From Owenia fusiformis (lineage: Eukaryota): a stretch of DNA of 64,000 bases. The position numbers and the translations under genes were made by a program. The DNA is taken from NCBI GenBank assembly GCA_903813345.2, contig CAIIXF020000001.1, forward strand, positions 42,036,001 to 42,100,000. The letters are read 5' to 3'. The first letter of the stretch is position 1. Each line of letters starts with the position of its first letter. Under the pieces are notes generated by a model. That model was not told the DNA's origin. It did not search any database and saw only the letters and a list, made by a program, of their open reading frames with translations. Below are positions 54,718 to 64,000 of the stretch, in pieces.

Positions 54718-55564
54718 GATATGACGACTTACTTTATCCCATTCTATATCGATTCCATCGGTATACAAAAGCAAATGTTTTATTACTTATATTGTTGCAT
54801 CGAAAACGCAATGGTTCTGGGTATTGTGACAACAGCCATCTCTAATCATGTAAAATATCAATGTTCCGTCACACATGAGATTTATCCTTATGGCAAATAA
54901 TTAATGGAAGAGTTTTATTGTTTCACAGAGAGTAATAGGTGTAATGAGGTTAGGTGATATAAGAGAATGCCGCAGTAAGTGCACCTTTTATCACGACTAT
55001 CAAAAAGGATCCTAAATTATAATATGTCCCTTATACCGCTCAATTTTTCTCTTCACATCACAAGCAAGTGTTATGACTCCGGGGACAAGACACAATCATA
55101 AAAAATTATAACAATTATTTACATACACAACACAAGCATCATTATAAAAAAGGTGTGTTTGTTCAAAACAATTTATAACATTTCATGTTGATTTAGAATT
55201 CAATAATGTGAATTTGCAATTGTAATTTCGTACATCTGTATTGTAGATTAATCAACATTAAATCTAATATTAAATGTATTGTAAAATTGTAAAATGTTTA
55301 TCATGTAACTGTACTCTAATTGTTTTTTGCAATTGCTTTAACATGCCTATTCTTTGAAAAAAAAACACACACATTAAATCTAGCTAGTCTAGGATGCGTA
55401 CTAGTTTTACTTACAACATGCGAATGCAACTATCCTGCCACACACCCTTGTTAAAATGATCTGATTTATCTTATAGTTAATTGCTTCTAAAAAAGCTGTT
55501 TCCCAAAGCGACAATTTCAATGTGTTTATAGAAAGTACTATTTCATCATTTAATTTGCTCATTT

Positions 55565-55583
55565 GTATGCTCTTTAATTCCAG
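55565..55583 (+). promoter_or_regulatory. Probable 3' splice acceptor of the GPCR coding exon (intron in the 5' UTR)
   Basis: gtatgctctttaattccAG: pyrimidine-rich run ending in CAG, 54 nt before the ATG. Confidence 0.6.
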
Positions 55584-55588
55584 ATTGG

Positions 55589-55624
55589 ATGAGTTTCACG
55601 GTGACAATGTCTGACATCCACTAA
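55589..55624 (+). other. Upstream ORF (MSFTVTMSDIH*) in the GPCR 5' UTR
   Basis: atg agt ttc acg gtg aca atg tct gac atc cac taa; two ATGs, out of frame with the main ORF, ending 13 nt before it. Confidence 0.5.
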
Positions 55625-55637
55625 CCAGAACAGCGCC

Positions 55638-56789
55638 ATGGAGGAATTTACACTCGTTATGAGTACTACTAACGAAACAGACGTTGCTGATCCTAATGCA
55701 GGAGAAACTTCCAAAGTTGAACTATATATAGTCATGGTGATATTGTGTATATTCACAATTGTCGGAACTGCTGGCAATGGGCTCGTGATATACGTCTACT
55801 CTCGTAAAAAGGATAAACTGACATCCACGTTGTTCATTCTAGTGCTAGCAGTTACAGATTTTATGACTTGTTTGATTATAGTACCATATACTATAGTGAT
55901 GGAGTACATGGGGTTTATAATAGGAGATCATGATCTTGCGTGCAAGGTCTACCAGTTTCTCATAACATGTAATGTTCCATTCTCTGCCTTCATAATGGCA
56001 GCCATTGCTGTGGACAGATACCTTTGCATCTGTCATCCGTTCCTTCATGCCATGAACCCGTTCAGGGCGAAACTGATAGTGTTTGCACTTTTGATACTAG
56101 CCTTCAGTTTGGGGACATTTACCTCACTAGCTTTTGGTGTATATAATCATAAAACATTTAATGAAACTTACACTACGGTGAACGTGACTTCACTGGGGAA
56201 CGTAACACGTGAAACCACCATAGAGGTGACGCGAGTGGTGCTGAACGGAGCATGTGCAGGAAATACTCTCATTCTGAGCAATGCTATACTTCTTGTGTAC
56301 CAGAAAGTATACACCTCTCTATATGCCATCTCCTTCGTTATTGTTGTCGTCCTCTACACCTTGATCGTATACAGTGTTCTTATCAGAATGCGCATGCGTC
56401 AACGACAGAAACGCTCCGTTTTATTGAAATGTGAGATGTCGACTAATAGTTCTCCATCTTGCCTTCCATCGGAAACTGTTGCTCTAAACGGGAGCAATCT
56501 TGGGAAGAATGGGCATTCTATAAAAGACCCAAAGGGATTCAAAAGAAAGGCCAGCAAAAAGGACAAAAATGTAATGGCTAATTTGAGAATGGCGATGATG
56601 CTTTTTGTGGTGACACTAGTGTTTATTGTCGCGTTTCTTCCCGCCTTTTTAATGGCCCTTGAACTTATCCCGTACAGTCTGGTAGTCTTCTACATGTATT
56701 TTGCTTATAACGTCGCCAATCCTATCATATATTCATTCATGAATAGGAATTTCAGAGACGATCTCAAAAAGATTTTTAACTGTTTATAA
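55638..56789 (+). CDS. Class A (rhodopsin-family) 7TM GPCR, peptide-receptor-like orphan (CCK/orexin/gastrin-receptor-like grade), 383 aa, uninterrupted coding region
   Basis: Only long ORF in the window. Seven hydrophobic segments with GN (TM1, GTAGNGLV), LAxxD (TM2, LAVTDF), Cys at the top of TM3 (LACK), DRY (AVDRYLCICHP), TM6 FxxxFLP, TM7 NPIIY and helix 8 (NRNFRDDLKKIF). N-terminal NET sequon; strong Kozak gccATGG; in-frame TGA upstream. Confidence 0.95.
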   Translation: MEEFTLVMSTTNETDVADPNAGETSKVELYIVMVILCIFTIVGTAGNGLVIYVYSRKKDKLTSTLFILVLAVTDFMTCLIIVPYTIVMEYMGFIIGDHDLACKVYQFLITCNVPFSAFIMAAIAVDRYLCICHPFLHAMNPFRAKLIVFALLILAFSLGTFTSLAFGVYNHKTFNETYTTVNVTSLGNVTRETTIEVTRVVLNGACAGNTLILSNAILLVYQKVYTSLYAISFVIVVVLYTLIVYSVLIRMRMRQRQKRSVLLKCEMSTNSSPSCLPSETVALNGSNLGKNGHSIKDPKGFKRKASKKDKNVMANLRMAMMLFVVTLVFIVAFLPAFLMALELIPYSLVVFYMYFAYNVANPIIYSFMNRNFRDDLKKIFNCL

Positions 56790-58460
56790 TTCCTTATCGT
56801 ATGATCATGCAAAAAATAAAGAACTTGTAAATTAGTCATGAATATACAATTGGAAATTGATAAGAACATCGCTGGTAAAATAAATCTTATCGATTAACAA
56901 TTCGATTAGAATCACATAAGAAATCATTGAAGAAAGAATAGGGCGCAACAAACCATTTTTAGCGTCATGGTAATAAAAATTGAATTACGCCATAGGTAAG
57001 CGGAAGAATGAACCATTTAATGTTATCGATGTGCTGCCCGAGATAATCTAAAAAGTAATTAATAATAGAGGCTATACACATGTGTCGCTCCAGACAGACA
57101 TATGAGAGGGTTTATGGTTTCTGCCGTCACGCCCACTGAACAAGCAGAAACAAATCCTCCGATTATATTACCCGACGACTGCGGATGGACCATAAAGTTG
57201 TCATTGAAATGTTTACACCACCACCGTAAATCATATTATGCATGTACTTATATTATAGTAGCTATAAAACTAGGTGACCTGGACATATCATGCTTGGATG
57301 TGATAAGACAAAAATATATCTGAAAGAACAAACACTGAATAATTAAATTACGTATGGAGCACTGGGCGGATCAGCAAATGCAACGATGAAATAACATTTA
57401 ACTTTGTCAAAGACGTAAAATAAACAGTGATAGGTCAGTGATCTTCATCCGGATGCGTGGCATCGGTTATATAATTATGTACAATGATAACCCAAAACGT
57501 TATTTATAGCCAGAGTGTTTGTAAATAATATGATATACTGTAGTGTATTATAGAGGCTGTATATCTCCAGCCTGCACATAACCGATATGTATGATATATT
57601 CTGCACATGCTTGGCTGAAGCCGCTTGTAACATACAAGCAAGCACAACGAATCGGTTTCAGTTAACCAAAAACGATTCGATCGTACAATATAAAGTGTTT
57701 CTTATGTACGTGCAAAAGTTTGGTCACTGAATGTCATATACTTAAATTTTAATAGAAGTGTCAATGAACCGCTCATATATATTGCACTAATTAAACATGA
57801 TTATGTTAAAATGTCAGTATTCTGCAATAATTTACTTATTTATTACTTCAAGGGTAAATAATCATTTCAACATTAACCTGTTCCTAATCACATCTTACGT
57901 ACCAGAACTAGATTCCATAATCCATTTATGTCCATTGAACCATGCAAATATCTGTCTTTATTGATAGAAATAATCTAAAAACAATTACTGAAATGTAATA
58001 AAGTATAAATAATTTGACTGCTAAATTCCATTGCCTGATTAAAAACGAATTGTTCGAGGGCTTCGCAGTAAATTATCTCGAATGCCACAGCACTTTTTTC
58101 ATATTTTTGATAATTACATAATTCCTGTGTGACCCATTGTAGTTGTACAGGCAACACAAATCAAAGCGTGAAAATGATCCAGCAATTAAGTTCAGTCTCG
58201 TAGATGCTATACATACCCGTGATTTATTACTTGAATCAAACAAAATGGTAGTCGCTCATTCAACACAATCTGTAATCTGCAAGTGGGGTGCAGTGGGAGA
58301 TTGTGCTGGATATAATACCATATACTAGTAATATGGAGTTAAGTTACACATTTTAAGAGAACCTGTAAGTGGGCCTGTAATATTTCGACCCCGGGGATTA
58401 CCGTCCCGCTCTCAATTCACTTCCAGGGTCCTACTTATAACTATTTTCCTTATACCTGCC

Positions 58461-58598
58461 TCAGTCGCATTTCATCTATGGCAACCGTCCGACGGTTGTA
58501 GCTTCCCAACATTGATAGGAATATGCAGCTTAAAATATAGGGATATCGACTTTGTGAAGCTACGACCACCGTACGGCCGCCGTAGAGCAAATGTGACT
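58461..58598. mobile_element. Hairpin MITE downstream of the GPCR
   Basis: agtcgcatttcatctatggcaaccgtccgacggttgtagcttc pairs with gaagctacgaccaccgtacggccgccgtagagcaaatgtgact. Confidence 0.65.
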
Positions 58599-58765
58599 TT
58601 ATCCACAAGGGATTATAATTCTACACGTTCAGTACACTTTTTTAAAACGTGTATCTTAACCTCCCTAATTAATGTTATACTACGATGTACTGCAGGCAAT
58701 ATCCGCCATTAAAAGTTCACTGCGCATGAGTCATATTTGTTATATTTCCATGTAACTCAACATGA

Positions 58766-58780
58766 AATAAAAGTATTAAA
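58766..58780 (+). terminator. Candidate distal polyadenylation signal of the GPCR
   Basis: AATAAA immediately followed by ATTAAA, then a GT/T-rich stretch. Proximal AATAAA sites also occur near 56815 and 56879. Confidence 0.3.
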
Positions 58781-60446
58781 ACTTGCACAAACCGTCAAGT
58801 GAAAGTGCATTTGTTTCATTGTAAAGCAGAAGACTTTAACTTGGCATTAACTGTAAATTTAGAATTGGAATTAATACAGTTTTTCAGTAAGATATTTATT
58901 CATTCGTACCAGCATTGAATTATTTAAAACTTATTTCCATAAACGATACTTTGTGTAATCTACGTTTCTTATCAAGATCATACCTGTTGAATTAATCAAG
59001 AAGCATCCTAGATTTAGTTTTTATGGTTTCTTTATTTTCAAAATTATTTTTTTACATATGGCATGGCCTAGGCTGAATTTAGCATCAAATGCCTTTTCAG
59101 AACAAACCATAATAAAACTGGCTACCTACATATCAATACATTCACACAAAAAGGATGTGAAATACTTTAAAACTAAAGCATTGCATGCTAAACTATCATC
59201 TCTGCCATACAATACGATATTTTGCTTTTGCTCTATTGATCATGAGCTACATGTAAAGAAGTTCATTTCTTGCATGTTATTGAGTTGCCCCAACGGTTCT
59301 CTCTGTTCTTCAACAGATGGCATTTGAGTAGGTACGTGTACGGTGCTTTGTAGTTTTTTTGTTTGTTTAAATCCAGATACATTTGGGACTATCAATGCCC
59401 TTAACAAAATGTCGGACAAACTACCCGTAAAAATTAAATAAAGTCACATCTTATACTATTTAATAAAATTTGTCTTGTAAGATCAATTTCTATGGTTGTT
59501 AATTGCTTCTTGTCTCCTAAATATTTATGTAAATTGTTTTTAAACAGTAGCTCTAGAAGGCGGACCTTTTAGATGAATATGATAAGATATAAAACCAAGA
59601 CGTTGTCACACGGCGCAATAGAAATTATTCATATCACTGTGACCCATGAGATACGATAACAGTAGTTAACGTTGTTTTGAAGACAAACCGCCTGTTAATC
59701 TATTAAAAGAATTCATATCATTTGCAATGAATGTTCTCGATTATTAATATCTGAGTGATTTACAGTCAATATTTTAAGAAGAACATATTAATTTTAGCTC
59801 AAATTTCACTATACAGCCTGTTGATATCAATACTCGATCGACTAGAGCTTTTAAAAAGAAACGATAGCAGTATTTGAAATTTGAGAGAAGTACTTAGATA
59901 TTGAAGTATTCTACTTTTTGTCTGTTAACATGAACTTCACATTATTCTTCGAATTCAAACTGGTATATTTTCTAAGAGCCTTCCACTTACTTCTAGCTAC
60001 GGCCTGTACAAATGGCATGCAACGGAATGTCCAAATGCCTCGTCTACAAAAACAACAGTTAGGTGCTACTTAATGACTTCATGGTCCCCGGTGGCCCACT
60101 TATTTTATGGTCATCGTCTCATGCTATAACCAATTCCTTTTAGTGAGCACTTAAAATGTAAGACAAACGATAAAAGTAATATTTTATTGAGGCTTCTTTT
60201 ACACTTGTTTATTCAAATTATCTTCAAAACACGGGTAGAACTAGAGATGGATGTTGTACCAATAATGATACACAATATGAATCGTAATGTCTTTACAATG
60301 TATTAAAGTAACTTTCCATGATTTCAACTAAAAATTAAAACCCTTGGAAATACTAAATATGGTTTGAGTGCCATATATAAAATTTATTTTAGAAATATTG
60401 TGGATCAAAATAAAAAAATAAATAAAATAAAGAATAAAAAGATATT

Positions 60447-60527
60447 CCACCCGTGGGATTTGAACCCAGATCTTTTGGAATAAAAGTCTGGCTGAGTCCA
60501 AAGCTCTAACCACTACACCAAAGAGCC
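60447..60527 (-). pseudogene. tRNA-derived sequence (pseudogene or SINE head)
   Basis: Minus strand: A box TGGTGTAGTGG, stem ttgga/tccaa, B box GGTTCAAATCC; acceptor stem does not pair. Confidence 0.6.
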
Positions 60528-61362
60528 AAAGCTTCCTGACTGGAGAAATTCTTTATCTATATAATCATGGACGAAAAAAGTCTTATTTATATGCTTAAAT
60601 TTCTTAGAAATGATCAGCATTACTACTTATAATAACATTTTGCATGTCTGAGTAAGTATTTTGATCTACATTTAGGATAAATGTTGTTTTATTCAGTTTT
60701 CATTTTGGGTATGACTTCCTGTCAAAACAGTGTTAAAAATGCAGGGCTCAACAAAAATTTTCAATTAGAAAATGATATATATCCTTTGATCAGCTGTTTT
60801 TGGCACCTGAACTCATCCTACTAGAACGGTAAGAGCATTTTCTTGAGACATATGGCTCGAAATCTCATATTTCTCCTTCTAAGTCTTAGAAAGAGACTTT
60901 AAGTACCTTACAGTAAATACTTTTCCTAATGAACTATGGTGCTGTGTTGTAATGTCCTTCAGATTTTGGAGTAACTACCTTAGTTTACAAATCCTTTCAT
61001 GTTAACATTTCCTTTAATAATGAAATCATGTCCACATACCCGTATTGTTGCAGAGCTAACAAAATATATTTCATTTGACCCAATTCATTTCGACATACAG
61101 TATTATTTAATAATGATAAAATTTGGACTCAATTTTGGACTCCATTATCAATAGTAGACTTATTAAGAGCCTTTAATGATTTTTTCACAAGTGAGGCAAA
61201 GTTACAATTAACAAAACATCTAGCTTCAATGACCAAGTCTTGAGATTATTGTCACTATGCCTTTCATTACGTTTGAAATCCGATTGTTTAGAAATCAAAC
61301 GATTGTGCTCAAAATACTACATAACATTTAATGATTAGTCGTTTTTATCAGAGAGGATATAT

Positions 61363-61821
61363 AAGGGTTATGTACTGGGAGGTTTTGGATATGGGGTTTA
61401 TCCAGAGGGAGATATGCATATCTACCTGAGGGACCGTAGGGACCGAAGGTAGATGTGCATATCTCACGAGGGATGAACCCAATATCCAAACCGACCGTAC
61501 ATAACTGCTTTATCCTATACCAAGTAGAGTTTTCTAATTTTCTTTCAATTTTTTCTATTTTTTTCTTTTTTCAATTTTTTCACATTTTTCTGATTTTTTT
61601 CAATTTTTTCAAAAAAATTCAATTCTTTATTTTTTCAAATTTCTTTTCACATTTTTCTTTTTTTTCAATTTTTTCAAATTTTTTTCGAAGCGGGAAGATA
61701 TGCACTGGAGCGGGAGATATGGCGGGAGATATAGAGGTTCAGGATATGGAAACCTCAAAATCAGGATACGCGATATATTTTACCAACTTATCTCCCTAAA
61801 ACTCTACTTGGCATAGGATAA
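61363..61821 (-). mobile_element. Terminal-hairpin element, subfamily 3, first unit of a head-to-tail dimer
   Basis: Reverse complement of 6842-7321; AT at 61361-61362 and 61822-61823. Confidence 0.85.
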
Positions 61822-61823
61822 AT

Positions 61824-62265
61824 AAGGGTTATGTACTGGGAGGTTTTGGATATGGGGTTTATCCAGAGGGAGATATGCATATCTACCTGAGGGACCGTAG
61901 GGACCGAAGGTAGATGTGCATATCTCACGAGGGATGAACCCAATATCCAAACCGACCGTACATAACTGCTTTATCCTATACCAAGTAGAGTTTTCTAATT
62001 TTCTTTCAATTTTTCAATTTTTTCACATTTTTCTAATTTTTTTCAATTTTTTCAAAAAAATTCAATTCTTTATTTTTTCAAATTTCTTTTCACATTTTTC
62101 TTTTTTTTTCAATTTTTTCAAATTTTTTTCGAAGCGGGAAGATATGCCCTGGAGCGGGAGATATGGCGGGAGATATGGAGGTTCAGGATATGGAAACCTC
62201 AAAATCAGGATACGCGATATATCTTACCAACTTATCTCCCTAAAACTCTACTTGGCATAGGATAA
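61824..62265 (-). mobile_element. Terminal-hairpin element, subfamily 3, second unit of the dimer
   Basis: Near-identical direct repeat of 61363-61821; AT at 62266-62267. Confidence 0.85.
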
Positions 62266-62806
62266 ATAATATTATTGAGAATCAAATTATCTATCAAGTG
62301 GTATATCATTAGTCCAACCTTTCGCTGAAATGTTAAGCCTTTCTATAAAATGTTACCACTTTTTGTGTCACCCTGTATGTGGCACTAAATAAATGAAACT
62401 ACTTTATGGACATGGATATATCGGGCAGTGAAAGGTCTGAACATGTGACGGATCTCTACTCCTTGTGACACACGCCATATTATTTTGCAGATCTACACTG
62501 CAAAACCAGATCGAATACGACAACGGTGATATTCTACGCGAACACTTTCTTCCTTGATATAGTTTATTTTATTTAAATAAACAGATATATGAATAAATGC
62601 AATGTCTTCTGTTGAAATGGCTTCCTATATATCTCAATCAAATGACCTATGTATTGTTTTCCCAACTTTGGCTTAGATTGTACATAGTCTTATGCAATCT
62701 TAAACAAGACATAGAGTGAACAGTACCGTACCCTTGGATAGAATAAACAGTTCTTAGGGCAGAAAATGCTAAATGGCCGCCTTAACATGTATCCAGAATT
62801 TAGTAA

Positions 62807-63637
62807 CCCTCCTATCACACCAAATTAGTTTTCAACCGTTCTTTCCAGTCCAACAAAAAGTCGTAAAACGGATCAAATCTAGCTGTGGTCGGGACATATG
62901 TCTAAAATAATTAGCTACATCGTTCACAAACAGTCTCCAATACGTCCATCTCATTCTCAGTTCGTTCAGGTCGCAGAATGTCACAGAATGTCGGTGTAGA
63001 CACGTATTGCAGTTGATATCCGATTGCGCAACGTCGTTAAAGTGACAATTACGTTTCTTGTCAAGTAGGTCATCTCGTTTGAAGTATGTTGTCACACGAT
63101 TCAATCACAGAACGGTGTGGTCGCCATCGAATTTTGAAATCACCTTCCCGGCCGAGCACGTCCATGAAGTTCGTAAATAGACCGTAGAAAGTTGCAGCTA
63201 CGATTGTTACGTTCCCACACAGTTAAAACCAGTTTTGAAACATTTTGAAAAACGCAGTGGCAACTAGTTTTTCTGATTGCTATATTTTTGATACGTCGTT
63301 CATAAGAATTCCTCAATCAGTTTAAACCCGTTTGCAAATAGTTCTATCTCGTTCTCAATAGATCCCAAGATAGTTCAACTTGTTCTAAAAACGTCCTTAG
63401 TAGGATTGAAGTACGACAGTTCTGTTCGTAGTACGTCCAATTCTTCTTTAGAACGTTGTCACTCTTTCTGATCGCAGAATGTGGCTACCACCAGAAGGTT
63501 CTAGAGGACCTATCCGTTCGAGTACGTTCATGAAGTTTGTAAATAGACCCAAACGGTTCGTTCAATCGTCCAATCCGTTCAGTTAAGGGCCCTTTTCAAG
63601 AACGTAACTTGAGAACTAGTTTGGTGTGATAGTAGGG
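62807..63637 (+). mobile_element. Longer copy of the 52534 Harbinger-like MITE
   Basis: Same TIRs, TAA flanks, collinear internal sequence. Confidence 0.85.
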
Positions 63638-63640
63638 TAA

Positions 63641-64000
63641 ACAATCTTCAATACGTTCACCTCATTCACAGTTCGTTCAGGTCGCACCATGTCGTTCTAC
63701 CTCATTCTAAATACGTTGTTAGACAATTCAAACGTTCCTATTAGGATTGAAGTACGACAGTTCCGTTCGTACTGTCCAACTCGTCTTAATTATGTTGTCA
63801 CTTGTTCTAAATTGCAGAACGTGAGGACCATCAGAAAATTTTCAGCATGCTCTTAGTCCTGAGGGACCCACCCATTCGAGTAATGTTCATGAAGTTTGTA
63901 AATATACCCTAAACGGTTCTAAGTACGTCCAATCCGTTCGTACACAGTTTAAGCCTGTTTTCGAAAACGTAGTGAGAACTAGTTTGGTGTGATACTAGGG
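63641..64000 (+). mobile_element. Adjacent left-truncated copy of the same MITE
   Basis: Repeats internal blocks and ends in gagaactagtttggtgtgatactaggg at the window edge. Confidence 0.75.

Noticed and set aside
55574..56434. Short ORFs overlapping the GPCR (55574-55777, 55845-56048, 56252-56434)
   Set aside because: Alternative-frame or antisense shadows of the real CDS.
60447..60527. Functional tRNA gene
   Set aside because: Acceptor stem unpaired; a CAG anticodon does not fit the short variable loop.
61455..62260. Two 114 aa Phe-rich ORFs resembling membrane proteins
   Set aside because: Translations of the T-rich tract in the duplicated hairpin element.

Overview
AT-rich eukaryotic genomic DNA, most likely from a marine invertebrate (lophotrochozoan-like; inferred from the receptor type and repeat content). 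The only intact protein-coding gene I can support is a class A (rhodopsin-like) GPCR with an uninterrupted coding region at 55638-56789 (+). It is preceded by a splice acceptor and a short uORF. Most of the rest is a dense, often nested set of non-autonomous DNA transposons (Tc1/mariner-, PIF/Harbinger-, Kolobok-, Academ- and Mutator-like MITEs), plus a decayed LINE RT fragment, two decayed Tc1-type transposases, minisatellites, a tRNA-like relic and a decayed multi-ORF cassette at about 2.2-5.6 kb. The most unusual signal is a group of 0.45-0.55 kb elements: eight copies or remnants in four sequence subfamilies. They share one asymmetric design (terminal IR, core, inner IR, ~140 bp terminal hairpin with conserved mismatches), join their flanks and each other through a shared AT dinucleotide, and form head-to-tail multimers. 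I found no enzyme gene for them in the window. All superfamily labels come from termini and TSD patterns read by eye; no database search was run.
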